From an uncultured Gammaproteobacteria bacterium (GTDB lineage Bacteria > Patescibacteriota > Microgenomatia > UBA8517), in NCBI GenBank assembly GCA_964429215.1, contig CAYSAY010000002.1, forward strand, positions 33,812-97,811: a stretch of DNA of 64,000 bases. The letters are read 5' to 3'. The position numbers and the translations under genes were made by a program. Of the stretch, positions 19,004-28,502 are shown in pieces. Positions within the stretch are counted from its first letter, which is position 1. Each line of letters opens with the position of its first letter. The notes below the pieces were generated by a model, which was not told the DNA's origin, made no database searches, and worked only from the letters and a program-made list of their open reading frames with translations.

Positions 19004-19390
19004 ATGAAAATTAGTCGTGACTCGGCAATTCAAATTTTAAAATATTGTGATAAACACAAAAAGTTTAATTTCCCATTCTTTGTAATGTGCAAAGAATATT
19101 CCCCAGAAGATGATGATTTTGTAGAAATTGGACCTGATGAATGGCAAGCAATTGAAGATGATGACACTTATCAAACATTTGAACTGTGGGAAAAACAGCC
19201 TCAATCAGATACAGAGATAATTTTAGATAGATTAAATATCTTAATTAAAAATTACAAAAAGTATTTAAAAAATGAAGCTTCAGATGACGAAAATTCAGAA
19301 TTGTCTGATTTGCATCAGTTCATCTCCGGCAAACTTGATGCATATGTAGAATGTAGAGATATAGTTTTAGAAATTAGTAAAGTTGTATAA
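19004..19390 (+). CDS. acidic hypothetical protein
   Basis: 128 aa, Asp/Glu rich. Confidence 0.35.
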   Translation: MKISRDSAIQILKYCDKHKKFNFPFFVMCKEYSPEDDDFVEIGPDEWQAIEDDDTYQTFELWEKQPQSDTEIILDRLNILIKNYKKYLKNEASDDENSELSDLHQFISGKLDAYVECRDIVLEISKVV

Positions 19391-19400
19391 TAGTTAAAAA

Positions 19401-20168
19401 ATGGATTTAAATTTTGATACAGCCTTGTTAAGTAATTATGTTAGTAATTCTCAAAAAGCAAGAATATTGACTGAAAAATGGACGTTAAATAATATTTATT
19501 GTCCTAGTTGTGGTGACTTTGTTAATGAATATGCAAACAATGCGCCCGTTGCTGATTTTTATTGCTCGAAATGTAATGAAGATTTTGAACTAAAATCGAA
19601 GTCTGGAAAATTTAACGCTTCAATTTCTGCAGGTGCATATTCTGAAATGATTAAAAGAATTAGTTCTAGAGAAAAGCCAAATTTTTTCTTTCTAGAGTAT
19701 GTTGCTAAGTTATTAAATGTGAATGATTTTTTCGTTGTCCCTAAACATTTTATTATCAAAGAAATTATCGAAGAGAGGAAACCTCTAAAAGAAACTGCAA
19801 AAAGAGCAGGTTGGGTAGGCTCAAATATAAAGTTCTCAAAAATACCAAAAGCAGGTCAGATATATTATGTAGAAAAAGGAATAGAAATTCCAAAACCAAT
19901 CGTATTGGAAAAGTGGCAAAAAACTGTATTTTTAAAGAAAGTTGATGATGTTAACGCAAAAGGTTGGATTTTGGACATTATGAATTGTATTGATTCTCTC
20001 AACAAAAAAGATTTTACTTTGCAAAATATATATGCTTTTGAAAACGATTTGTCTGTTATCCATCCTGAAAATAAAAACATAAAGCCTAAAATTAGACAGC
20101 AGTTACAATTCTTAAGAGACAAAGGCTATCTAGAATTTATCGAGGCTGGAAAATATCGACTGAGATAG
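19401..20168 (+). CDS. DpnI-like methylation-dependent restriction endonuclease (PD-(D/E)XK N-domain plus C-terminal winged helix)
   Basis: NSQKARILTEKW, CPSCG...NNAPVADFYCSKCNEDFELKSK, PNFFFLEY, and C-terminal IRQQLQFLRDKGYLEFIEAGKYRL closely resemble my recollection of the DpnI family. Confidence 0.6.
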   Translation: MDLNFDTALLSNYVSNSQKARILTEKWTLNNIYCPSCGDFVNEYANNAPVADFYCSKCNEDFELKSKSGKFNASISAGAYSEMIKRISSREKPNFFFLEYVAKLLNVNDFFVVPKHFIIKEIIEERKPLKETAKRAGWVGSNIKFSKIPKAGQIYYVEKGIEIPKPIVLEKWQKTVFLKKVDDVNAKGWILDIMNCIDSLNKKDFTLQNIYAFENDLSVIHPENKNIKPKIRQQLQFLRDKGYLEFIEAGKYRLR

Positions 20169-20203
20169 TTGACTTTCTTTCAAATTCGATCAATGATCAG
20201 AAT

Positions 20204-20407
20204 ATGGATGAAAAAATCAAAAAATTTCCAAAACATTCTTGTCAATTTTGTGGTTGTGAGCGTAAGTTAGTTGAAACAATTATAGATGATGAGTTTTTTT
20301 GGGATAAAGATGAACAAACATATCAGCCTGATAAGTTTACTGACATTTTTGAACATACTGGCAATAATCGCTGTGTACAGTGTGAAAAAGAATGGTCGGG
20401 TACGTGA
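20204..20407 (+). CDS. small zinc-ribbon protein
   Basis: 67 aa with CQFCGC ... CVQC pairs. Confidence 0.35.
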   Translation: MDEKIKKFPKHSCQFCGCERKLVETIIDDEFFWDKDEQTYQPDKFTDIFEHTGNNRCVQCEKEWSGT

Positions 20408-20441
20408 ATCTTCCGACTAGAAGGGTAATTGATCGCCAGAA

Positions 20442-21061
20442 GTGGTTAGGAATTTAATTTTAAGATATTCAAATGAAGGCGATAATTTGTTAGATCCAAT
20501 GATAGGTGGTGGTACAACTGCTATTGAAGCAAGGATTTTGAATAGGAATATAATAAGTATAGACGTTAATGCAAAAGCTGTTGAGAGAACTATTAAGTGC
20601 CTTCAATTTGATGCCCTAAATTCATCTGTACAAAGTGTGATGGTCGGAGATGCAAGAAACTTAAAAATAGTAAAGGACAAAAGTATTGATTTTGTGTTAA
20701 CTCATCCTCCATATGTAGACATTATAAAATATAGTGATGGCAAATTAGAAAATGATTTGTCTAATATTCATGAGATTGATAAATTCATAGTAGAAATTAC
20801 AAAGTAGCTAAAGAGTTATTTCGTGTACTAAAAAATGGAAAATATTGTGCTATTTTAATAGGCGATACTAGACGAAATAAAATGTATCAACCATTGGCTT
20901 TTAAAGTTATGGATGCATTTTTGAAAGTTGGATTTAAATTAAAAGAAGATATTATTAAAAAACAATTTAATTGTACTGCTACTGGTTTTTGGGTTAAAAA
21001 GTCTAAGGATTTAAATTTTTTGTTAATAATGCATGAACACCTATTTGTATTTCAGAAATAA
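20442..21061 (+). pseudogene. SAM-dependent N6/N4 amino-methyltransferase (DNA MTase-like), disrupted by a -1 frameshift near 20800
   Basis: Frame A: LLDPMIGGGTTAIEA (motif I), IISIDVN, IDFVLTHPPY (motif IV), then TAG at 20805. Frame C from 20801 continues KVAKELFRVLKNGKYCAILIGD...LLIMHEHLFVFQK to TAA at 21059-21061. The shift sits in the run acaaag. Confidence 0.55.
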
Positions 21062-21082
21062 ATTAATTTATAAAATCTTCAG

Positions 21083-21556
21083 GTGTATAATCGAGCCATG
21101 AGGAAAGTGGATGGGAATACTTTAAATGCCAGGATTGGGAGGCATGTTGAAGTGGAGATTGATATTAGAGAGAATTTGGCTTGGAATTTGATGATGCAGG
21201 TGGTTAGATTTTTTGTAGTTCCTGTTAAACTTTTTAATGAATACTTTACAAAATTTAAACTTTCCAAAACTTCAAGATTTTATAATTTAGTTAATTATCC
21301 ATTGTCTGATTATTTATTTAAAAAAACTATTGAAGCAGTAGTTATATTAGGACTATTTAGCATAGGATTATATGCATTTGAATTTGAAGAATTTCAGTTT
21401 ATTGTTGCAATGGTTTTAATTGCTTTAATATTATTTTTGCCGGCATTTTTAAAAATTTTGTTTTTGGCTTTTGTAATGCTTGTTGAGTTGATTGTGAGAA
21501 TTATTAAATCAATCTTTTTTACAGTTAAATCATTGGTTACTGAAAGGACTTATTAA
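21083..21556 (+). CDS. hypothetical membrane protein
   Basis: 157 aa, C-terminal hydrophobic helices; start uncertain. Confidence 0.3.
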   Translation: MYNRAMRKVDGNTLNARIGRHVEVEIDIRENLAWNLMMQVVRFFVVPVKLFNEYFTKFKLSKTSRFYNLVNYPLSDYLFKKTIEAVVILGLFSIGLYAFEFEEFQFIVAMVLIALILFLPAFLKILFLAFVMLVELIVRIIKSIFFTVKSLVTERTY

Positions 21557-21570
21557 ATATAAATTTGAAG

Positions 21571-21622
21571 TTTGTATACATGTTTTAAAAGATGTATACA
21601 AAGTACACCAGTTTGTATACAT
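21571..21622. promoter_or_regulatory. three copies of 11-nt motif TTTGTATACAT (two direct at 21571 and 21612, one inverted at 21592) about 20-21 nt apart, followed by TATATAAT -10-like box
   Basis: Read directly; all three centre on GTATAC. The array lies in the 85 nt upstream of the DUF3800 gene start at 21642. Confidence 0.4.
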
Positions 21623-21641
21623 TAGGGTATATAATTAATAT

Positions 21642-22226
21642 ATGGATAACAACCTGTTATTTATTGATGAATCTGGTGACCATAGCTTAAATAATATTAA
21701 TTCTGACTTTCCAATATTTGCATTATTAGGATTAATAATTGAAGAATCAAGTTATAAAATACTAATTAATGAAGTTAATGACTTTAAAAATAAATATTTT
21801 AAGACAACTAGTGTCGTATTACATAGTAGAGAAATAAGAAAATGCGAAGGCGTGTTTGCAATCCTTTTTGACTTAAAAGTTAAGGAGGAATTTTATAAGG
21901 ATTTAAATTCAATTATTACAAATACAAACTTTATGCTTGTTTCTTCTGCAATACTAACTTTAGCAAAGCGTTATAACGAGCTTTTATATAAAGGTAGTGG
22001 TGTTGTCTCTTCAGGAAGATTTGTAAATAGATATAATCAGGAATTGTTATTTAAACGCAAAAGCCAAAATGATATAGGATTACAATTAGCTGATTTGTGT
22101 GCATACCCAATAGCAAGACATGTGTTGTATCCAGAAGAGCCCTATCCGGCGTTTGAAATAATTAGGAGTAAAATTCGAAACAATCGTGGAAAAGTTGAAG
22201 GTTTTGGAATTAAGATATTTCCTTAA
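21642..22226 (+). CDS. DUF3800 family protein
   Basis: N-terminal LLFIDESGD and C-terminal GLQLADLCAYPIAR are characteristic of DUF3800. Confidence 0.55.
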   Translation: MDNNLLFIDESGDHSLNNINSDFPIFALLGLIIEESSYKILINEVNDFKNKYFKTTSVVLHSREIRKCEGVFAILFDLKVKEEFYKDLNSIITNTNFMLVSSAILTLAKRYNELLYKGSGVVSSGRFVNRYNQELLFKRKSQNDIGLQLADLCAYPIARHVLYPEEPYPAFEIIRSKIRNNRGKVEGFGIKIFP

Positions 22227-22290
22227 AAAAACAAAAAGCCTTCTTTCGAAGACCTTTTGCCGATCGGGGACACCCCGGTCCATTCTTATT
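22227..22290. terminator. bidirectional terminator region between convergent genes
   Basis: A stem in aaaaagccuucuuucgaagaccuuuug and the GC hairpin cggggacaccccg. On the - strand the hairpins are followed by a U-run (ttttgttttttt). Confidence 0.45.
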
Positions 22291-22328
22291 ATATACCACA
22301 TCTGTCAAGTTTAGCAAACTAGATCAAA

Positions 22329-23702
22329 TTATATCAATTCCTTTAATTTTTCCCAGATTTTGACCATGGCGAGGGTGTCTAGGCCACAGTATTCTAATAA
22401 TTCTTTTGCTTTTGATTTGTCTGTTGTGTGGATTAACTCCCACCAAACTAGCATTGCTTGATCGCCTTTGTTTACAGCCAACTTTTTATATGAGAGGTCT
22501 GGAACCATTACAGGTAAAACATTTTTGATTGACCAACTGCCTAGGAAGTCTGGATGAATGTAGAGTTCTTTGTTAATGAAATCTGCTAGGTCTATCATTC
22601 TACTATTTACATCATCCAAAAATTCTTTGTATTCTGGATATAATCCTGCAATGTCTTTATTTCTTTCAAATTCAAAAGTTTTATTCCAGACTACTACTGA
22701 AGCAGCATCTTTAATGTCCTCTTTTAGTTTTTTAATTAAATTTACTGATGGGTCACCTAATTCAGTTTCTAAATATTCTTGATGCATCATTGTTCCGTCA
22801 CTCTCTACTATGTGCAATGAATACTGGAAAACCATATGTTGATATGGCTTGTAGCCTTTATAAATTGGAATTGCTAGCGGGTAAGTTTCATAATCTAAAA
22901 AGTAAATTGGAAAAACAAAAGTATTTAAAAAGTCTGATAATCCTGTTGCATTTAAATATGGAGTATTTGATTTAATTATATTTTTGATTAACGTTTGTTT
23001 AGGTGAAAGTGGAAAACTGTCTGGGATATCTTTGATTTCTAAAATCCTTGAATCTTTTAACTCTCTTTTCTTCTGTGGGTGGAGGGCTGGGATATGGTAA
23101 ATTGATTTTTCTGGTAAATTTGGGTGACAAAGTGAGATACATGGGCAGGACTTAGGATCTAAACATGTTTCTACATGGTCTGGAGTGTCTTTACCTGCCA
23201 CTTTTTCTGCTTCCATCATTTTCTCCTGTATTTCTATGGTTAGTTCCATTACTTCATTTGTAACGTCGTTTATTTGGAAGAGTTCTTTGATATTTAGTGA
23301 ATCTGATAATATATATTCTTTGTTTAAATTAACTACATATACTTTATTTATTTTAATTGTTTTACTTTTTACAATGTATTGGAAAGTGGCATCATATAAA
23401 TGTTCTTTTTCTACTTTGGTGGTACTTTTAACTTCATATAAATCGTAGGTATCATCAGTATTTTTAATTAATGCATCTGACCTTGATTCAAAACCATTTG
23501 AAATAAAGGTTTCTTGCCAAATTGCATGGGGGAGAAGTTTGTGGGCTAGAGTTTCAACTTCATAACCTTGCTTCATTAAATGTTGGTCATATACTGATGG
23601 AGTAAGGTTATTTAATTTGTTGTGCTTATCTGCCCAGAGATGCATAGGGGACTTTAAAAAAAGTAGAAAGTCTGATTTTGCGATCATTTTAATATTATAC
23701 AA
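22329..23702 (-). CDS. DUF2779-like predicted nuclease (PD-(D/E)XK-like N-terminus, RNase H-like C-terminus)
   Basis: MIAKSDFLLFLKSPMHLWADKH start, DLYEVKS, CxC pair, and FLDYETY resembling a DEDD-like exonuclease motif. Confidence 0.5.
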   Translation of the reverse strand: MYNIKMIAKSDFLLFLKSPMHLWADKHNKLNNLTPSVYDQHLMKQGYEVETLAHKLLPHAIWQETFISNGFESRSDALIKNTDDTYDLYEVKSTTKVEKEHLYDATFQYIVKSKTIKINKVYVVNLNKEYILSDSLNIKELFQINDVTNEVMELTIEIQEKMMEAEKVAGKDTPDHVETCLDPKSCPCISLCHPNLPEKSIYHIPALHPQKKRELKDSRILEIKDIPDSFPLSPKQTLIKNIIKSNTPYLNATGLSDFLNTFVFPIYFLDYETYPLAIPIYKGYKPYQHMVFQYSLHIVESDGTMMHQEYLETELGDPSVNLIKKLKEDIKDAASVVVWNKTFEFERNKDIAGLYPEYKEFLDDVNSRMIDLADFINKELYIHPDFLGSWSIKNVLPVMVPDLSYKKLAVNKGDQAMLVWWELIHTTDKSKAKELLEYCGLDTLAMVKIWEKLKELI

Positions 23703-23745
23703 CTTTTAATTAATTCTATTGACTTCGGTTTGAGTTTGGGTTAAA

Positions 23746-24770
23746 TTGAATAGAATGACCATTCCTAAAGAAATGATAATTTACAAAACTCCAAATGGTG
23801 ATGTAAAAGTTGAAATTCTATTAAGAGGCGAAAATATCTGGCTTACTCAAAAGACAATATCTAAATTATTTGATTGTTCTATAGATAATGTATCGCTTCA
23901 TTTAAAAAACATTTTTAAGGAAGGAGAACTGTCAGAGAATTCAGTTGTCGAGGATTACTCGATAACTGCTGAAGATGGAAAAAGTTACAAAACAAAACAT
24001 TATAACTTTGATGCTGTCATAGCTGTTGGTTATAGAATTAATTCAATAAAAGCTACACAGTTTAGAATTTGGGCAACCAAAATAATAAAAGAATATATAA
24101 TTAAAGGCTTTGTCATGGACGATGAGAGGTTGAAAGATCCAGACTATATTTTTGGCAAAGATTATTTTGAGGAACAACTGGCAAGAGTTAGGAATATTCG
24201 TTCAAGTGAACGAAGAATGTATCAAAAAATTACTGATATTTATTCAGAATGTAGCGCTGATTACGATTCAGATAGTGATATTACTAAAAAGTTTTTTGCT
24301 ACAGTTCAAAATAAACTACATTTTGCAATTACAGTCAAACAGCAGCTGAAATAATATGTAAAAGAGTGGACAGTAGAAAAAAAGATTTAGGATTAACTAC
24401 TTGGAAAAATGGGCCAGTGGGCAGTATTCGAGAAACTGATGTAATTATAGCTAAAAATTATTTAAATGAAAGCGAACTAGATCAATTGAATAGAATAGTT
24501 ACAATGTATTTAGATTATGCAGAATTCCAAGCAAAAAACAGAGTTGCTATGTATATGAAAGACTGGATTGAAAAATTAGATGCATTTCTTCAATTTAATG
24601 AAAAAAACATACTTTTTGATTATGGGAAAGTGAGTAATAAAGTTGCAGAAAAGTTGGCAATTAAAGAATATAAAAAGTATAAGATTGCAAAAGATAGAAA
24701 TTATTTTTCAGATTTTGATAATGTTGTTAAAAAATATCTAAATTATCAAAAAAATGAAGTTAAAATTTAA
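23746..24770 (+). pseudogene. RhuM family protein, split by a 1-nt deletion in an A-run near 24337-24339
   Basis: ORF1 23746..24354 (WLTQKTISKLFDCSIDNVSLHLKNIF..., FRIWATKIIKEY) is the RhuM N-half. ORF2 24366..24770 (LGLTTWKNGPV..VIIAKNYLNE) is the C-half in another frame. The other frame across the junction reads TAAEIICKRVDSRKKDLG, which fits the family. Confidence 0.6.
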
Positions 24771-25959
24771 AAGAATATATAGTGTTGTTAAAATAAACAT
24801 TAAGAAATTTATATTTCCTTTGTGGCTTTTACCCTTAAAACTTATTACTTATCCTGTTTATTTTTCATTTTATTTAACTTGGAAAATTATATCTTGGCCT
24901 TTTCGTAAGTGGTCTAACTTTTTTAAGTGGATATTCTGGAGTTTCACGATTATTTATTTCCTTTTTTCTTTACTAGTCATTTTTGATTACTTAAGTCGAG
25001 AATATGGAAGTTTTGATAAAATGTTTTGTGGTACTGGAGTTAAGACTAAACTTCAAAATTCAGTAGTTAGAATAATTGGTGGAGAAGGCGAAGGATCTGG
25101 ATTTTTCATAACTCCTACTGAAGTTGTAACAAATTTCCATGTAATTGCTGATGAACCTAGTCCTAAAGTAGTATTTCCTGATGGGACATTTCAAACGCCT
25201 AAAAAGATTGTGGGTGATAAAAAGATGGATATTGCTGTTTTGACATTGGATAAAGAGTTCCCTGAAATGGTTTATGAATTACCTGAAAAACTTGGTCTTG
25301 TCGCTGATGAACCACTTCTTTCAGCAGGTTTTCCACTTGGGTCTGAAGTTGTTGGCGGTGTTTCTATTGTAAAAGGTAATTTTATAGAATTTAGAAGAAG
25401 TAGAAAAGATGTAGTAAGTTACATTCAAACTAGTTTAAGTTTAGTCCCAGGAATGAGTGGTGGGCCTCTAGTAGACCAATGCGGTCAAGTTGTGGGGGTT
25501 AACACAATGAGCCTTGCTGGAATATCATTTTTTATAACTGCCTCTGACGTTAAAGCAAGTCTTCCTAACCTTACTGATCAAGAAATAGTTAAAATTAATG
25601 TTGATCCCAAAAAATCTCCTGATCAAGCTGTGTATGCGTTTTATACATATTTGAAAGCACGTAACATGGAAAAGGGATATAACTTACTTAGTGCAAAGTA
25701 CTTAGAAAAGACAAATTATACAGAGTGGACAAATAGATTTACTGATATATTGGATGTAAACATAGTTTTGACGGAACTTGTTGAAGACAGTGATACTCAA
25801 GTATTTGTAAAATTTGGAACTACTAACTGGGTGGATGGAGAAACTGAATATCATTTCTATGAAGGTACTTGGGATACTGTAAATGAGGAGGGGACTTATA
25901 AAATGGATAAAAGTAAGATAAAAGAAGTAACTGAACCTAACTGGGAGTGGTTTTATTAA
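24754..25959 (+). CDS. membrane-anchored trypsin-like serine protease (S1 family) with C-terminal uncharacterised domain
   Basis: N-terminal TM helices; catalytic triad contexts TNFHVIA, DIAVLTL, GMSGGPL. Confidence 0.65.
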   Translation: MKLKFKRIYSVVKINIKKFIFPLWLLPLKLITYPVYFSFYLTWKIISWPFRKWSNFFKWIFWSFTIIYFLFSLLVIFDYLSREYGSFDKMFCGTGVKTKLQNSVVRIIGGEGEGSGFFITPTEVVTNFHVIADEPSPKVVFPDGTFQTPKKIVGDKKMDIAVLTLDKEFPEMVYELPEKLGLVADEPLLSAGFPLGSEVVGGVSIVKGNFIEFRRSRKDVVSYIQTSLSLVPGMSGGPLVDQCGQVVGVNTMSLAGISFFITASDVKASLPNLTDQEIVKINVDPKKSPDQAVYAFYTYLKARNMEKGYNLLSAKYLEKTNYTEWTNRFTDILDVNIVLTELVEDSDTQVFVKFGTTNWVDGETEYHFYEGTWDTVNEEGTYKMDKSKIKEVTEPNWEWFY

Positions 25960-27101
25960 TTAATTTTTCTGCTCTCCAATATTTTGTCAATTTGTGTTGC
26001 ACGACTTGCAACCATTAAATCGGCAGCAATTTTTTCTATTCCATAATCTTTTTTAATTCCAATTTTACCATCTGATAAAAAGTGTTTTAATACTACCATT
26101 AATTGAACAATTCTTGGATCAAATGAACCGCAGAGCGCTGCAATGTCTAGATCGTGATAAAAAACTCCAGCTGCTGCATATGAGTCTAAATGTTTGAGAA
26201 TTAGTGGAAGCTTTTTTTTGTAGTCATGTGCAAACAATTCTTTGTCAGGGACATCGTCTAATACCCATCTTGCATTTAACCTGGGAGAGAAAGGGTCTTT
26301 GATACCTGTTAAGAAATCATTATTTTCAGCTCTTACTCTTGCTATTTCGTCGGTATTTTTTACGTCATTATATTCGAGAGTTTGGTGATTGTTTCGTGCA
26401 CGTAGTTTTAGCATGACTGTAGCATTCCATAACCCCTCAGCAATGTTTCCTTTACTCATAATTATTGAAAAAGTTAAAAACTTAGATAAATTGACTCCTT
26501 CAGCTCCTTTATTTTTTTCAACCCAGTCCCAAAGTGGTTTGACTTGTTGGTTATAGAGATTCGCGATAGTTTCATTTGATGAATCAGTATCTTGTAGTAT
26601 TGCTTCAATGTTATTTAAAATTGATGATCCTGGGTTAACCTCTAATAAATGTTCTGAACCTTTTATATTTTCTTGGCTGAATTCAATTTGTTTACTATTT
26701 CTACTACTATCAACTAACCTAATTAAAATATCGTTAAGGTCATTCATTTCAAATGAACTTAATGCATTTTCTATTTCTTGAGGACTTTTTAGAGAAGCTA
26801 AATTAAGTAAATCAATCGCGGCACCTTTGCCAATTTTTGAAATATTTAATATATCTTCAAATTCATCAAGACCTATATAATTTTCTGGTTTGTCGTAAAA
26901 TGCTAGTGGTTGATCGTTTGTAGCTGCCCATCTGTCATGTCCATTAATTGCGTCTAATAGTAATTCATCTGTGAATTGAAATTCAGGGTTACTTTCAGGA
27001 AATTTTAAACCAGATAAATTGTTTGGTATGTCTTCCTTATCAATCAGATAATTGCGTACGCTCTCAAGAGTTGTTTCTGACAAAATTATCTGAAATTTCA
27101 T
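25956..27101 (-). CDS. hypothetical protein
   Basis: 381 aa ORF with no motif I can name. Confidence 0.35.
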   Translation of the reverse strand: MKFQIILSETTLESVRNYLIDKEDIPNNLSGLKFPESNPEFQFTDELLLDAINGHDRWAATNDQPLAFYDKPENYIGLDEFEDILNISKIGKGAAIDLLNLASLKSPQEIENALSSFEMNDLNDILIRLVDSSRNSKQIEFSQENIKGSEHLLEVNPGSSILNNIEAILQDTDSSNETIANLYNQQVKPLWDWVEKNKGAEGVNLSKFLTFSIIMSKGNIAEGLWNATVMLKLRARNNHQTLEYNDVKNTDEIARVRAENNDFLTGIKDPFSPRLNARWVLDDVPDKELFAHDYKKKLPLILKHLDSYAAAGVFYHDLDIAALCGSFDPRIVQLMVVLKHFLSDGKIGIKKDYGIEKIAADLMVASRATQIDKILESRKIN

Positions 27102-27199
27102 CTAATTTTTTACTTACACCCGAAGCATCCCCAGCGGCTTTAAGCAATCCTATTCCTGCTAATTTTAAAAAATCTCTTCTTGATATATCTGACATATTT

Positions 27200-27273
27200 T
27201 GGAGCTGGTGGGTAGAATCGGACTACCGTCGATGGTTTACGATACCACTGCTCTGCCACTGAGCTACACCAGC
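27200..27273 (-). tRNA. tRNA-Thr (anticodon CGU), CCA encoded
   Basis: rc folds as GCUGGUG/CACCAGC acceptor, GCUC/GAGC D-stem, GUGGU/ACCAU anticodon stem with loop AUCGUAA, GGUAG/CUACC T-stem, discriminator U, CCA. Confidence 0.8.
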
Positions 27274-27290
27274 GAAGTCTTAATTATATC

Positions 27291-27986
27291 CTAATAGCCA
27301 ATGAATTTCTCAGTTTTCACCCTGTCTTGTGGAATCTTCATCTCATCTAAAATATCCTCCATTGCATTGGCGAATGTATTTGGTCCTACGGACCAGAACA
27401 TGCAATTTTTAATTTCCAATTTACAATTTCCAATGAATTCTAAAATTTTTAATTTATCAATTCGGCCAACTAGAGATGTATCAATATATTCAATTTTAAT
27501 AAAATCATTTTCTTTTTGCCATTTGTCTAATTCCCTTTTAAATACATGGTCAGAATCTGAATTGGAATAGATTAAAGTCATTTTAATTCCTAATTTATTA
27601 TCAATATTATATTTAATCATTGATCTAAATGGTGTTATTCCAATACCTCCTGCTAAAAAAATATTATTTGTAATATTTTTGTCAATAATAAATGCACCAA
27701 ACGGTGCGCGGGATTCGATTTCTGATCCTATCTCTAAACTATCAAGATTTTGTTTGAATTCTGATTCTTTCCTTATTCTTGTTGTAATTTGAATAAATTC
27801 TTCTGTGGGTGAATTTGCTATTGTAAATTGCTTGGTTATTTTACCTAAAGTAATATAGGCATATTGCCCTGGCTGCCAAGTAAATTTTTCACTAGGAGCA
27901 AAAAAGAATGATTTTGCGTCTTTTGCTTCAATAACTTCTTTGACAAGTTTTAAGAACATGCTAATATTATATATTATGTGCTTCAA
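27291..27986 (-). CDS. FNR-like FAD/NAD(P)-binding oxidoreductase
   Basis: QFTIANSP (RxYS-like FAD site) and LAGGIGITPF NAD(P)-binding motif. Confidence 0.55.
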   Translation of the reverse strand: MKHIIYNISMFLKLVKEVIEAKDAKSFFFAPSEKFTWQPGQYAYITLGKITKQFTIANSPTEEFIQITTRIRKESEFKQNLDSLEIGSEIESRAPFGAFIIDKNITNNIFLAGGIGITPFRSMIKYNIDNKLGIKMTLIYSNSDSDHVFKRELDKWQKENDFIKIEYIDTSLVGRIDKLKILEFIGNCKLEIKNCMFWSVGPNTFANAMEDILDEMKIPQDRVKTEKFIGY

Positions 27987-28152
27987 CTGTGGATGTGAGG
28001 AACCAGAAAACGATATGGGTAAGTCTGCTGTAGTTGGTGCTTCACTTATTGAATCTTCATTTGTAGAAATGGCAAAAGAGTGGGGAATCAGTGTGGAAGA
28101 GACAAAAGAGAACGTATATAAACTTCTTAAAAAGCAATTAAATAAAGATTAA
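27940..28152 (+). CDS. small hypothetical protein
   Basis: 70 aa ORF; real start may be the internal Met. CGCEEPE motif. Confidence 0.25.
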   Translation: MTSFKNMLILYIMCFNCGCEEPENDMGKSAVVGASLIESSFVEMAKEWGISVEETKENVYKLLKKQLNKD

Positions 28153-28484
28153 CGATCTTCTTTTTTGATTAGATTCCAGTGGTATTTGTATAGAGGAACT
28201 CCTACAAGAAGCATTGCAAGTGCTGTGGAAACTTGTCTTTGCCTATTTCTTGTTGTTTCTTTGTCCTGTTGTGCTTTTTGGTCTGCTTTTTCTTGATCAG
28301 TTAGAGCAATTTCTTTCCCTGTTGGGTCAAACTTTGAAGTTAATGGATAATCATACCTGTCTGCTTCTTTAAATAGATATACTTTCATTCCAAGATCTAC
28401 AATTTGAATTGTTCCTATTACTGCAATAATTAATCCTATGAAGGAGAAGAGGTATAAATATAAAAGACGGATACTAAATTTCAT
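28149..28484 (-). CDS. hypothetical membrane protein
   Basis: Two TM segments flanking a charged stretch. Confidence 0.35.
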   Translation of the reverse strand: MKFSIRLLYLYLFSFIGLIIAVIGTIQIVDLGMKVYLFKEADRYDYPLTSKFDPTGKEIALTDQEKADQKAQQDKETTRNRQRQVSTALAMLLVGVPLYKYHWNLIKKEDR

Positions 28485-28502
28485 GTAATTTTAATAATAC
28501 AA

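Noticed and set aside
27023-27262. ORF 27023..27262 (+)
   Set aside because: It overlaps the tRNA-Thr gene on the opposite strand and has no coding features.
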